Positions 22,530 to 38,099 of a stretch of DNA of 64,000 bases are shown here, in pieces (the first letter of the stretch is position 1; every line of letters begins with the position of its first letter). Below the pieces are notes generated by a model, which was not told the origin of the DNA, ran no database searches, and saw only the letters and a program-made list of their open reading frames with translations. The stretch lies in NCBI GenBank assembly GCA_965645245.1, contig OZ287072.1:1550001-1614000 (forward strand). Reading direction: 5' to 3'. The translations under genes and the position numbers were made by a program. The stretch comes from Massalongia carnosa. Taxonomy: Eukaryota.

Positions 22530-23526
22530 ATGGATGATGAACTGCTGTCAGTAATGTTCTTTCGCTTGTCCGGTTTAAGAAACTGAGAACCTTGAAGAGA
22601 ACTGTCAAGTAGCACTGTTGCCGCTCTCCAAGAGTTTTATACGGAGAGAGATTTCCAGGAAAAGCGATTTGAGGATCTCAAAGCGCAGACCGAGCAAGAG
22701 CAAGGCGCCACCCACGGACCGCTATCGATGGATACCTTCTCGGAAGATTGGAATGCTAGTCAGTTCTGGGTACATTCTCCCTCCTAGACTAGGTAGGAGC
22801 ATTCTGATGTGCTCAGTACAGCAATGAAACAGCTACATTGCTAGCCAGAGAGCTTCTTGAAGGTACAACGGGACAAAGCCGGATTGCCATTATCTCTGCT
22901 CCTAGCGTTTTCATCCAGCTCAAAAACCTACTTGTTTGTCAATTGCTCTAGTCTTGAGGTTCCAAGGCATTGACCAATCACTCAAGGCTTCTGGGTTGCA
23001 TGCGACTCCTCATATCAGCCTCTTGGAATTCGACAAACGCTTCAATGTTTTTAAAGAGTTTGTTCATTACGATTTTCACTACCCATTGAAGCTTCCTCGT
23101 GAGTGTGATATAGATACTGATCTAGGACTTTGCCATAATTAACTCTCAGTTTCAGTTGAACTAAAAGGGAGTTTTGATCGAATTATCTGTGATCCCCCGT
23201 TTCTCAGTTCCGACTGCCAAACCAAAGGCGAGTCATATTGAATGTACATAAATGTTCTACTTCGCTGATACAACACAGCCGCAATGACTGCGCGTTGGCT
23301 GTCCAAGGTCCACCAACCACAATCCGAAGACGATAATATGCGAGTCATTGTATGTACAGGAGAACGGATGGAAGAGCTCATCCTCAAGCTGTATTGCAGG
23401 ATCCATACAACTACCTTTGAACCCAAGCACGCACAAGACCGACTTAGCAACGATTTTCGATGTTATGCCAATTATCAGAGCGAAGCATGGACCTGGACGA
23501 GCACAAAAGCCAGCGGGGATTCTTGA
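22530..23526 (+). CDS. EFM5: Protein-lysine N-methyltransferase Efm5 (N6AMT2/EEF1AKMT1 family), 6 exons
   Basis: Spliced: AALQEFY, FSEDWNASQFW-YSNETA, IAIISAPSVF, LLEFDKRF, IICDPPFLS, VIVCTGERM, LSNDFRCYANY. Confidence 0.88.
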
Positions 23527-24076
23527 GAGCCCGATTAAGTCCCTGGAATCACTAGGCCACGATTATTGGTATTAGTCACACCGACTGTGACTGGAAACCC
23601 CTACTTTGCCCCGAGCGCGTTCAACATTAGAGTAAATCATGCGACCATTTGCATGCCGCTGATGTTCGGATCCTTCCGGTTCAGTATGACTCAATCTATA
23701 ACGAACATGGGGGATTTTTCCTCTATCCGGGTTGGCAAAGTCATCTCATTTGCTGGGTGAAATTTCGGTGCGAGTTTTGAGCAAAGGGAAAGGTTTTTTT
23801 TTTCATTGCCAGTGAGTATCAAGTATCGAGTGACTCATTTCTGCCTACGTGTTTGATCAAGGATATCGGATGTGATTGCCCTGTCAAGCCCGCCGGTTAG
23901 AGTTGCCTTTTGATTTATTCCTTCTCCATTTCCATTTCCCACTTCCCAACACAGAGTTTATCGATACTCAAAAGCCGTGACCCTGTGCTCGGAAGATCGG
24001 CTTTAGCAGGAAGCGTAAAACCAACTAGTTGTTGTTACAGTCTTAGCTGTATTTAGCGGATCATGTGTATCTGTGG

Positions 24077-24120
24077 TGCAAGTTATGTGCAAGTTATGTG
24101 CAAGTTATGTGCAAGTTATG
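24077..24120. repeat. 11-bp tandem repeat (TGCAAGTTATG) x4
   Basis: Read directly from the sequence. Confidence 0.93.
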
Positions 24121-24487
24121 TACGAGTTGTGTTGAGTTCTCGACCTTTGTGCTGTGGTGACGCATGTTGCATCATTCCCTTGGGTTTCCCTATCCTAGCA
24201 GATGGCAATCAACGGTTTGCTGACATATTCATCCGACTTACCTCACTCCCAGAAAGGCACTTTACCTACCTCATCCTCTTAGTGATGATGCCGGCACCAT
24301 ATAATATTAATACACAGCTTCACCCCCCTTGGTCGCTGTTCCAACGCATGTGTTTTTTCCCGCCTTAGAGGTCTTCGACATTTCTACCTCTTAAAGCATT
24401 TTTGCTCTCTGCAAGCTTTTTGTACTGGTGGCCAGGAAACACTATCTTTATTCAAACCATAGAAACAAAGCCAATTCTCCAACTCCC

Positions 24488-26443
24488 ATGGTTCGCAACT
24501 CAAGCTTCTTACTTTATACAGCCTTGTCGATGCTCAAGGTGACTGCTGCTCACGTACATGGGGCTCACTTTTCTAGTCTTGGGGGTATCAATGCTTCGGG
24601 ACCGAGCAAAACCAGTCCACCCTGGAACTCCACGTCAGCTACCGTGGTGAGCTCTTCATTGGCTTCCGCCTCGAATTATTATGCATATCATGGAGGAACA
24701 GGTCTTCTGATAGCCCATGTAATCCTTATGGTAATCGCATGGATTTTAGTGCTCCCATTAGGTAAGTTGTGATTTAGGTGTGTCTGCTGAAGAACTCGTG
24801 TCTAATGAGTACATTTCAATCAGGAGTTATGCTAAGTCTTGCCCAATCGCGACTTACGCTGGTCATACGACTGTCTTTTCTAGGGTTGAATGGCGCGGGT
24901 ATTTGGCTCGGAAGGATATATAACAGTAATACGCCAGATCTCTATGTGAACAACGCGCATCACACAATGGGTTGGGCCGTTACGTGGATCACCCTTGCGC
25001 AGTGTATCATTACAGCTATCAGACCTTATGCTGACCTGAGAAGGGGTCCCCACACCAACTTGGAAGAGCAAGCGGCATTGATTCCTGTGTCGGCCGAAGC
25101 CATAGCTCAGCATCAGCCAAAGTTTATAAATCGCATGTCGGAACACTGTAGGTACTCTCACGATAGTGGCCATGGCACAGAGCCGCAGTCGTCGAGGAGC
25201 CTTTCCACATCTTCGCTGCACAGTGAAGAGGACGAGCTTCTTAAGCCTGTGGAAACACAACGGGTCAACGCAGATGTAGGGTATCAGGAAAAGCCAAGAA
25301 TCATTCCGCTATCACGAGTTAATCGAATCCTATTCTGCATGGCCAGCGTGCTCTCGAGTCGACTCTTGATAGTCTTGATTTTTTTCCACGATGCAGTTGA
25401 TCGCTTGATCTTCCTGCTTGGCTTCATCGTAATTGTCTCGGGTATCGTCGTTTATGCGGGTGTATTTGTGGGTCCTCCTCCTGAAATTCGAAATCAAGAC
25501 TGACTTCTCACAGCGAAGTAGCAACGTCCTAAATGGGCTTGCACACACAGTCAAAGGCGGCATATTTTTTTGGTACGGTTTACTGACACTGGGACGTTGG
25601 ATGGGCTGCTTTGTTGAATATGGCTGGGCGTGGAATGTGCGACCTCCCGTGGGTGTTATCAGCTCCCGTAAAGCTGCGATGCCTTCTGCGGAGTTTGTAG
25701 AATCATTTGTAATATTTTTGTATGGGGCCACAAATGTGTTTCTCGAACACTTGACTGCATGGGGAGGGGCATGGACTGCGCGGGATCTTGAACACGTTTC
25801 AATTTCTATAATGTTTTTTGGCGGCGGCCTGGTAAGTGCTCGAATTTCCCACGAAGATATCTGGCTTACGAATCCCTAGTGCGGCATGCTCCTTGAATCG
25901 GAACGAATTCGTGATCTCCTCAACACGACGATCCTATCCCTCTACTCTAACAACAGGCTCCCCGCCCCCATCGACCGCTGGGACCCCCCCAAAACTTATC
26001 CTTTCTCGACCAACCCCTTCCCGGCCCTGATCATCTTGCTTCTAGGCCTCCTCATGAGCAGCCACCACCAATCCTCCCATGTCTCCACCATGATCCATCA
26101 GCAATGGGGCACGCTTCTTGTCGGCTTTGCCCTCGCTCGCGCCGTCACCTACCTCGTCACGTACGTCTCGCCCCCGACGTCGTTCCTGCCTTCGCGTCCC
26201 CCAACGGAGATCGTGGCGTCCTTTTGCTTGATCGCCGGTGGGCTAGTGTTCATGGCCAGCAACAAGGATACGGTGGCGGCGATGGAGCGGCACGGGTTGG
26301 ACGCCACGTTTAGCTTCACGGTGACGATGGGGTTCACGGCCTTTCTGATGGCATGGACCATCGTCGTGCTTGCGGTTAAGGGGTGGGCGGTTCGCCGAGA
26401 ACACGGGCGGGTCTTCCACGAGCCTTGTTGTGGCGTGGCGTAA
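24488..26443 (+). CDS. Ytp1/DUF2427-family integral membrane protein, 4 exons
   Basis: Signal peptide, AHVILMVIAWILVLPLG, TPDLYVNNAHH, LAHTVKGGIFFWYG, NVFLEHL, DLEHVSISIMFFGGGL, MSSHHQ, RPPTEIVASFCL. Confidence 0.83.
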
Positions 26444-26962
26444 TGTAGCGTTGGTTTTACCAGGGGGGTATGGCGTCGTCGGTGGATGGGCACAACCTGT
26501 ACCTTTCATTTCATCTTCCCATCTTTTCTTATTTTTCCCTTTCGTCTAGTCGTAGAAACCATTCGCTGTTATCTACCTAGCTATCAATTTCGCCCCAACC
26601 CTTTTCGTCCCTTTTCTCCAAAACACGAAGTTGTCCATCCCCCTCCCATACCTTGGCGTGCCCTGCCTATTTGCCTTGGTGTAGCTACGTGTTTTATATA
26701 TTCATTCCGTCCTTCTCTCCGACTCCCCGACAAGAAAAGGGCGAAAGGAACGGAAAGTGCGGGGTGCACCCGTGGCCAACGATTCCATGAGCGCTGGTAA
26801 ATAAAGCTACCTAGGTACGTACCTACCCATTTTACCTCCCAAACATCATGCTCCCTCCCGTCCTCGCCCATGCACGCACAAAGCCGAAACCCCAACACTC
26901 GAGAACACCCGCCTACCACCAGTACGTTGCCCATCCGTTCTCCCCATTTCCACGTCCCCAGT

Positions 26963-28882
26963 CTAAATACTCCCGCCATCCCGCTCGCCCACCCCCCGAG
27001 TAACATAAAACAGCAAATACGGATCCACCGCCAACACCGCCGTCTCCCCCACCACCGTAACCTTGTGGTCGTCGAACCGCAACCATTGCCCACCGCGCTT
27101 ACAAAAGATGATGTAATGACCCCCTTGCATCGTGCCCAGATGCACCACCACCGACGAGAGGTCGTACCAGCCCTTGGAGCTTGGAGATAGGGGGGAGCGA
27201 GGGGAGACGGGGGGTGGTTTGATGGAGTGAGATTTGCCAAACGCTGGGGCGATGGTTGTCGCGAGATCAGGATCGGGATCTGTGATGGTGGCGAAGGTTG
27301 AGGGAGTCAGCGAGACAGACATGGAGTGGGAACTCGAGATGTGATGTTGGATGTGGGTGGTATACGGCGACATGTCCAGCTGCAGGGGAAAAGCGACACG
27401 GGTGGATAGTTTCTCCGCCGAAGTGGCAGAGCCCGCGTGTTGGTAGCGCTTGAGATGGATGCAAAGCGTTGGCGGCAGCGTGTTCAGCGTGAGCTGCTTC
27501 GCCACCGGCTGTGGGGTGTTTTGGCATCGCGCGGAAACGCATACATATCCGTCCACTACCAAAAGCCGCTCGGGGACTGTGAAGTTGAGGAGGCAGGTGG
27601 TCAGGTTAAGCGTACTCCCTGCGGCTTCTGCTGGTGTTACTGTTGCCCAGCTTGCTGATATTGCTGCCTTTATAGCCGTGGAAGAAGAGTCTTGGCTCGT
27701 TTCAGAGGAGGATCGGGCTCGCCCAGCGGATCCGTGAATGTCGAGGCTTAGGTCTATAATTGGATCAGAGGAGACGGTGACAGCGCCGCATTCAAGGCAA
27801 GTCACTGTACTACGCAGCTCGCTGGCAAAGGTTTGATGGGAGATGCAGGGGCAGTCCTTGGTCCTTTTCCAATGAGAGACTATGCTAGTATCGTGTATAC
27901 TATTGATGAGGAACTGAAAGTACTCATGCGCGTCTTGTTGGGCGTAACCTGCCAAACTCTAGTGAGGGTTAGGGAAGGAGAACTTCTTGACGGTAAAGCG
28001 GGAGGGATAAGTTACCAAACAGTTCTGCCATGACCTGTGGAGTAAATCCACCGGCGCATATGCTTCTGTCTCGTCTGTAGTCCAAATTTCACGAATAGAC
28101 TTTCTCAAAGCGCATCCAAGACATTTCTCAGCCGCGCAGTTTCTGGGTCTATGTTCCCTGCCCTGGAAATATGCCCTTTTGAACGGATTGTGCGCCATGG
28201 CTTGGAGAATGACACTCAAATAGCATGTTTGCCCGAGATTATAAAGTCCTCGGGGCGCACCAGCGTGGCAAGAGACGGGAGTCGAGAGTTGCACCTTCGG
28301 AGGAGCGAGCATGACATCCAACTTTTTTTTTCTCCTACCTGGACCTGGTCTTAGCCAGGATTACGGGTGGCATATTCTGCGACTGACCTTTACAAGTTGC
28401 TTGAATCTCACCACGAATCCTTTCAAGTTCAGGATCATAAACAAAATCGTCACACCTTGCACAATACAGAAATCCCGATCTGCTCTCCACCGCTAGTTGA
28501 CACGTTAATACTGTTTCATCCAGCTGCTGAAAGAACTAACAGAATACATGCTTTGTAGAGCACGAATGCGCTTTGATTCCTTCTCCACGGCAAATGCTAG
28601 AGCATTGAGTGCAAAGGTAAGTCGAGCGAAGAACCGGGGATGTCTTTGTTTTAAATTTGTAATTGTTTGTTGTCTGCTTATATATTGCCGGCAGTCTAAA
28701 AACATATTTTTGAAGGTGTGAAAACGCTTTTTGGAACCTTTCTGACGTCCTGTTTGATCTTGACATCATTTTTTCAAGGTGCTCTAGGTTATGTTAGATA
28801 TTTAGACCCGAAGAGATACATTCAGGGTAAATCCGCATACCACAACCAAAAGCTATTGTTTGGTTAATCTGAGGCGCTTCAT
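26963..28882 (-). CDS. UBP8: Ubiquitin-specific protease Ubp8/USP22-like (ZnF-UBP plus C19 domain), 5 exons
   Basis: Spliced FGC-EHL, CTQC..H..KHVF-SVESRSGFLYCARCDDFVYD zinc finger; Cys box GLYNLGQTCYLSVILQ; QQDAHEY; His box HLGTMQGGHY..WLRFDD. The start codon is uncertain. Confidence 0.78.
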
Positions 28883-29985
28883 CCTCCACGCTACTTGGCT
28901 CGTGCGAAAGTAAAAGCTGTTCCATGGTCTATGTGCATATACGGTTTGATGTTGAAGCAAGGTTGTAGCCGAAGATGGACAAATTGACCTCTATCAATTC
29001 AAGCAAAGCGCTTGGACTCGAATGTATTGAGAAAAATGCAGTAGCCAGTTTTCACTCTTTTCAGCTGGGTAGGAATCGAATTGAGTTACATAAAAACCCC
29101 GAGAACGATAGATTAAGCTGGACCTCGAGGGATGGGACTGCTGGGGAAATGTAGGGTATGTGACAAACGATAGGCTGAGGACGGAGAGAAGAAATATTAT
29201 ATAAGGTTGATTAGGTCCACAATGTTGGCCTTGCGAGCAAGCTGTATGAATATATATAGAGTAGATGCTTGAGAGAAAACACAAGAATTGGAAGAAGCGA
29301 GGAACAAAGAGAGCAAAGGATTTGCTTTTACATATGTTCATCATTACGACTGTCACGACTGCCAGGTGCTACCGATATATTCAAGGAGGCAAGCGATAGG
29401 GAGCGAAAATTGGTACTTGGGTAAGACTATCTTACTTACCTTTTGTGGTGGTGAATTTCATATTTGGGGCTTTTCGCGGCTTCTGGTGGTGCAAGAATGG
29501 CACGCTAAGATCTCGTCTCCAGATGGTCGGATTGGCCTCTAACTAGTCTCCTGCAGCCACATCGGACACAAGTCGCGGGATCTCGTGGCTATTCCATATG
29601 CTTTGGACGTAATCTGAGCAGGCTGGATAGATCTCATAAACCGTACATCGTAGACTAATACATCTTGATCATGTGTGACGAGGCCCTGATATATGTCCAA
29701 TTATTCTAGGACCGAGTGGCATAGCACCCCTAAGCATATACCGATATCCGTATGCTTATCCTCTATCGCAAACGGGGGATCGTGAATGACAGCCGAGTTG
29801 TGAATCCGTGGTTCGACCGTAGTAGAGCTCCCTAAAGACTATCTTGTAAGGCCAAAAAGTGCGCTTCGGGTCAAAGGTTGTTATCTGCGCAGAGACACTA
29901 ATCGGATCGCTTTCCGGCAAAGGCGACGAACAAGCCTTGAGGAGGCCTTGTGATGTCCTTTCCGAAAAGCACCCTCCCCCAAATT

Positions 29986-30790
29986 TCATCTTGCACCGCG
30001 GGGCTTAGCCCTGGCCAAGCCGCTTCCTCTTATTCCTCGCCCATCACCACGAGCTACTCCTCCTCGAGCACCTGTACCAGGCCCTCCAATTCCGCGTTTA
30101 TTGAGTCCAGAGTTGGGGCGAGATGTTGACGCTAGTGTAGGGTATTTCGACGAAGTTCGCGACGATGGTGGAATATTGGAAACACAGGAGGTATCCGCCG
30201 TCCTTGAGTAAAACAGATAAGCCTTGTTACTCCACGACTAAGCGAAAAATACTCACATAAAGGTCGTCTCACCATCGGCATCTTGGCGGTAACCATCTAG
30301 CTCCGTCGAATGGCCTGCTCATTCAGCTTAGCTTCTCAAACCCATGCCCTGTATATTGAATATCTACCAGATGCCTCTTCATTCCGTGCGGCTCGTTTAA
30401 ACGACTCTGGTACTGGCGCCTGGAGCAACATAGTGAATGACATGAAAACATTTGGAACCCTTCCCAACGAACCTCCGGAAAGTCGACACAAAATGCGTTC
30501 ATATTCAGGCCATATAAGAAACTTGCAAAGCTCTCGTTAAATCTCGATAAGCTCTCATGCATCAACTGTAGATGCATGAAGTTTGCCTCTAGATCTGCCA
30601 TAGAGTCTGAGAGCTCAGCGAAAGCTGGTTCCAACGAGTCCAATGGGAAGCTGGTAGAGCTGTCGCCAGTAGAGAAACCTTGACTATCTCTCAAGGATAT
30701 CCTTGAGCTAGGACGAAGAGGTGTTGTGGGTCGGGATGGGGGGTGGCTGCGCGACAAAGAGGTCGATCTTTTGGTGCCATTATTTTCCAT
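29986..30790 (-). CDS. DAM1: DASH complex subunit Dam1, 3 exons
   Basis: SRPTTPLRPSSR; FAELSDSMADLEANFMHLQLMHESLSRFNESFASFLYGLNMNAFCVDFPE-APVPESF; Arg/Gly-rich tail. Confidence 0.92.
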
Positions 30791-31127
30791 TTCGAGATTA
30801 TCCCCACTAAAAGCTAGAGAATTAACAGTAACTCAATGTTTCGAGAAATCTAGGATAGATCGCGGAATAGGAGGTTTAGCATTTAAGAAGCGTGGACGGA
30901 TTCCAGAGTATTGTACAAGATGCAAATATACCCCGCGACGCGAGCTGGACTGCCGAAGCGGGATGAGATGACGGCGACGTCGACTAGGTATGTATGTACT
31001 TACATATGTACTCTGAAGGACACATACTTTGAAGATACATACTTCCACCGAGAAAGGGCTTCATGCAACTCCAAGGCTTTCGACAAACACAGCATTGCCA
31101 ATTCTTCTTAGCCTTGTACGTGCTTAC

Positions 31128-33081
<1,954 letters not shown>

Positions 33082-33452
33082 TTATTGCTTTGCGTTATGT
33101 GACGTTTACTGTGGTGGTGGCGGTGGGGATGTATATATCTATCTACATACATGTGTATATGTTAGACACCTCGATGCATTTTATGATGCTATTAAACAAT
33201 TGATGGGTTGATGTATTGTTGGGGTGGGGTGTGGTTTCGTGTGGAGTGGTGGCCTTTAAGGACCATATTTAGGGTTAGGGTTGATATCAACTCTACCTAC
33301 CTCACCAAGCGAGCCATTAGTTTACTCATTTGTTGGCCCGAACCCTCTATCTCGGGTTTTATGATGTTGAAATCAGCTATCCTCTTGCGAATATTGCCAA
33401 TTGGCCCCTTTCCCTTCCCTTCCAATCTCCTTCTTTTCCCAATTCACCCCGC

Positions 33453-34727
33453 CTACAGCTTCCCCTTCAGCTCTTCGTGCAGCGCTTTCAAGCGATCCAT
33501 GTCGGTCTGGCCAGCTGGCCATGTAATTCCAAGGCCTTCTTGGGAGTTTGGTTTTGGAATCTAGGGGTTCGTTGGTTTCCAGGGGGGGGATGGGGGGGTG
33601 GGATAAGGCAGGCTTACGATATGGAAATGTACCTACACCACCCCCCCAACATCCCACACATAGACACGGTTAGCTTCCAGCCCTCCGAACTCATCATAGT
33701 ATTAATTTTCAAAGATGCCTTTTCAAAGTCGACGCATGGAAGAAGGAAGCTAGAGAAGACGCGGGAAAGGAGTAAAAGAGCGGGTAAGTGGGGATGGGAG
33801 ACATAGGAGACGTACGTGATCGACAACTTGGTGCGCCGCGAGGCCGTTGTTTTGTAGGAGGTTGTAATCGGCCGTGCCGGTCGCTAGGACGAGTCTTTTG
33901 GCGACGGGCTGTTGGGGAGGTGGAGGGAGGTTAGTTGATTCGTGGAATTTTCGAGGAGCTTGGGGGTTTATGGCAAAGGGGAAGGGGAAAGGGGGAAAGG
34001 AGGTTCGTCATAGATATCCGTCCTATCGCCAGGACTTTTCTCTTTGTATTCTTTCGCGCTCGACCCATCTCCAAATCCAGCACTTCCTACACCATTGCCA
34101 CAAGTAACCCCTCCCCCTAGCAGCGAAGAAGAATTCTCAAAACCCACGTACCAGAATCTCCGCTAAGTCCTCATCCGGCACATCGGTCAATTTCGCCGCG
34201 TGAAATTTCGGTATCACCAACTAAATCCCTCCACCCAGACGCTGAGATTCAGCATTTGTTTTTTTCTTTGCTTGGGGGGAGGGTAGATTTCATTCAAGGG
34301 AGAAAAGGAGTCATCAGAAGAGCAACGAGGAGCCCGAAGAGAGCCCGATGAAGGTAGGCTAAACATAACGAAAAAGAGGCGAGAAAATCTTGAAATGGGG
34401 AGAAGGGAAAAGAAAAAGAAAGAAGGAAAGAGAAAACCAACAGCATGCCCTCGACTCAGCGGCTGAATGTCTAGAAATGCAAAGACACGGTCGCTTTCAA
34501 AGAGCTTGAACGAGGGGATATCGCCTGCGATTCTCTCTCTGCACGTTAGCTCCGAACCATTTCTCAGTTTCTGCATGAAATACTAAACGACGAGAATGGT
34601 GGCGGGTTTGTGCTGCGGGGAGAGCGGCAGAGGTGGGGGGATGCGGGGGATTGAAGGTAGCAGGAATATAGGAAGGGAGAGAAAGGGAACCTTTGATGAT
34701 TTTACAAAAGATGCAGGCGGCTGCCAT
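33453..34727 (-). CDS. HNT1: HIT-family nucleotide hydrolase Hnt1, 6 exons
   Basis: ACIFCKIIK-GDIPSFKL..AFLDIQPLSRGHA-LVIPKFH..-YNLLQNNG..AHQVVDH-VHFHI-IPKP..GLGITWP. Confidence 0.93.
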
Positions 34728-35158
34728 TGCGCGGAGGAAGGTGGGTGGAGATTGAGTAGGGTTGGTAAATGAAGTCGAGGAATAGCGGGAATGAGAGCTT
34801 GGGGGTGGAGGGGTTTATCGGTTGGCAGGGACGATTTAACGAGACCTGGACGCGTCGATGCGTGAAACCAAAGGATTTTTACACACATGACAATCTTGAA
34901 CTCTATGTCGGCCTGGGAATACATCGTGATCTCGGTTGAACAGTAGCAGCTAGGGATGGGATATCCAGCTTGTTAGGGGAGCACCAAAGAAGGGCTACGC
35001 CATGCCGTTGGGGCAGTATCGTCACTTTCGTAAAAGCATGCTCATTAATCGAAGAGAAACCCCCGCTCTTTAATCCACCCCCTCCTCCGTGCCATGCGTG
35101 CCTCGTCCCCTAAAACAGCCCAATATCTCTTCAACTCTTCCCGTCAACCCCCTGTGTG

Positions 35159-36243
35159 CTATGGCTTCGGAATGTGTATACTCCGACTAACCATTGCACA
35201 TCCCCATACCACAAAAATACCCACAATAGGATGCACCTCTGCCCATCCTCCTTCAACCCAAACCCCGCCCACAACCCCCCCTCCCCCACCTTCGACTTTC
35301 CCCGCCCAGACGCACCACGCCATTGCAGCGACAATGCCCAAACTCGTGGGAATAGGCGTGCCCTCGAAATACTTGGATTTGCCCGTTGCGTCTTTGGGCA
35401 CTGAAGCTACAGTAACGTTAAAGCGGGCTAGGCGTGTGAGACCACACAGGACGAAGAAGGAGAGGAGGAGCGTGTCGAGAGGAGTGCGAAGGCCCAGAGC
35501 AAAGGCGCAGACAGCGGGCGAGACGCCGAAGGAGACCTAGAAGGGGAAATAGCTGTTAGCCTTGGATCTAGTTTACTTGATGGCTGAGAGGTCAGGCAAA
35601 GGTAGTTATTGCTTTAGCCTCCTCCTAAGATGTCTCTTGGGAAAAGTTTGGGAAATAAAGTCCTGAACGGCAATATCAATAGTTGAGTCACCGCTTACTA
35701 AATCAGCTAACGAATCCAGCTCTTGCCCCATCAGACTGCTCTTGCCCCTCCACCTCGCAACTTTACCGTCCATAAAATCAAAAAAAAGCCCGAAAGGCAT
35801 GAATGCCAATGCCGCCCAAATGGGGCCATGCGAGTCGGGGGGCCCAAGGCAATACCGCATCGAGCTAAGGATAGACATGAAGCCGCAAAACCCTAAGCCG
35901 GGGAAGCGAATCAGCGAACCACGAATGTAAGAAGAGCACAGCAGGCGACGAACCATTCAGTTCGGTGATCAGGTCCGCTAGGTGAAGTGCTCTGGGAAGC
36001 TAAAGCTTAGGAACGTGTTGTCTTGGGGGAAGAAGGGTGGATGCAGGCGTACTTTATCATGGAGAAATGACCTGAGTCCGACTCAAGGAGCATCTTCTGC
36101 TTTTCTTGACCTAGGAGTAATGTTAGCGTTATATTTAAATCAGACCTTCGCATGCTGGAGCGAATGAACCGACTTCCTTCAGAGACACTCGACGACGATG
36201 GTTTTTCGGCGCTGCCATTGGGGACGCTTGTGCGGAGAGACAT
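35159..36243 (-). CDS. CHO1: CDP-diacylglycerol--serine O-phosphatidyltransferase, multi-exon
   Basis: [26 protein letters not shown]-alcohol motif [43 protein letters not shown]; ends HIPKP*. Confidence 0.93.
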
Positions 36244-37060
36244 TTGGGTAAACTTGTGGGCGCGCAATAGGGAATAGATAGTAAGGTCGAAAGCTGTGGC
36301 TGGGTAAGACACAAGGACTGGCTTTATAGGATTCTTCTGTACAGGAAAGATACACCTAGTAGGTGTTGATCTTGTAGATTGTACGCTTAAGACCAAGCTT
36401 GCGATGGACGGATATTCAAGATTTCGGCACCACCAACGTCATTTCATATACGGCCCAAAAACAGATACCGACATCCATTTTAGGTAGCTAGTGCTAACAA
36501 ACTGTCGTGTTAGTTAGACTTTGATATCTACGCACTAGCTGCACAGAATTGGCAATCACACACGTCAGATGGGATTGAGGGTTCGAGCTCGTCTCTATGA
36601 TAGTGCATTGCTCCTTACCTCTCATTCAGATATCCTGTGCAAAATCGTACCAACCATCCATCTGCTGAACGCCATCAAAGAGCATGACAATGCCTCCCTT
36701 AAGAGAGACAACGTACAAAAGACCCTTCCCGCTTCAACATCCACAATGAAAGATGCATGATTTGCCACATAGACGATAAAAGAGAAGGAACAGAAGGTAG
36801 CTCAAGGTAGGTGGTATGTAAAAAATGTGCGTCTGATCAGGCCCTACTCCCATCGGTCCTTCGATCTACTCCAGCCCAAGGGCTAGGTCAAAACCTGGAC
36901 TCTACTTTCCCTGCCTTCCTTCTTGCGCCGAAGCCCTGGTGAACAAATACATTGAAGAAGGGAAACAATTCGAAAATCACCTCCTGCTACATGAAGGAGA
37001 GCGCCAACAGATAGATGAGATTCGTTTTCGTGAGTAAGTAAAGCTTGATCGAGATTGAGG

Positions 37061-38099
37061 TTAAGAACCATCAGGATTTGTGACCTGGCAACGTTAGTCT
37101 AAACGAACCAACTATGTTTCACATTGTTTTGCTAACCTTGAGAATCCTTCTTGAGTAATCTCGGTTGTCTGCGATACTCCCATCACTTTGCCTCCTCTGC
37201 ATCATCACTGATGGCTCCAAGCGTGAATCAGACATGTTGGAAGTTGTTGGAAGGGGATTCGCAGAGTTTCGGTGGAATTCCTCCTCAATCGCTCGTCGCT
37301 TTCGATTCCGTAGGAAGAAAAAGAGCCCACCAGCAATAGCGCAAGTGGCAACAACACCAACAACAACTCCAGCAGCAATGCCAGCTGTATTCGTACCTTT
37401 TGCCTTTGCTCCTGTACTACTTGATACTTGAGAACTTGCTTTGCCCGACGCAGTGACCACAATGGTGCTTGCATGTGTAATGATCACCGACGCAGGCCCA
37501 TTCGTGGTACTGTCTGGAGTTGTAGAAGCGTCGGGTTTGAACACCGGAGTCGAAGTAGGTGTGCTTGTGCTGGTAGATTTTGAGTTGGAGTTTCCACCTC
37601 CACCTGGACTTGATCCAGAGCCATCCACATTGGAAACAGAGTCGTCCACCCCAGTTAACTGAACCGACCATGTATTTTGTCCTCCGCCTAAATGTATGTT
37701 AGATACTAAGAAAAAATAATATACGAGAGTGAAGGTGAACTTACAAAAGTCCAAGCCATATCCGTTACACTTTGTATTACATTTCGAATCCGCTACTTTG
37801 CTATTGGCAGCTGGAATTAAGTCGCCACACCAACAATTCGAGCCTTTTGTTGTTCCCATTACAGGTTTTCCAAGCTTTACGCATGTCGTCTGACAATATC
37901 CTGCCGATTGAAATGTCCACGAGCCTTGGTCTTCGAGGGGGTCCGAGGATGAGAAACAGCCCAGCGGGGTGAGAGGTTTTAAGACTGGCGTTGTAGAGTC
38001 TTGAGCGGAAACTGGAGCAATAGCACACAGCATAAAACCCACCCATACGGCTGTTATCGATAATTTCAATTCCATGTTGGTGCGATAGTGTAATGGCAT
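37061..38099 (-). CDS. WSC-domain cell-wall integrity sensor (Wsc1/Slg1-like), 3 coding exons
   Basis: Signal peptide (from M at 38075), Cys-rich WSC domain (GCFSS..CWCGD..CGG), Ser/Thr stalk, single TM helix, cytosolic DYSRRILK-VTNPDGS*. Confidence 0.9.

Noticed and set aside
26486..27240. ORFs 26584..27240 (-) and 26486..26800 (+)
   Set aside because: An alternative frame of the UBP8 3' end and intergenic low-complexity sequence, without protein-like character.
33268..33282. TTAGGGTTAGGG telomere-like motif
   Set aside because: Only two units in a G/T-rich intergenic tract, which is expected by chance.
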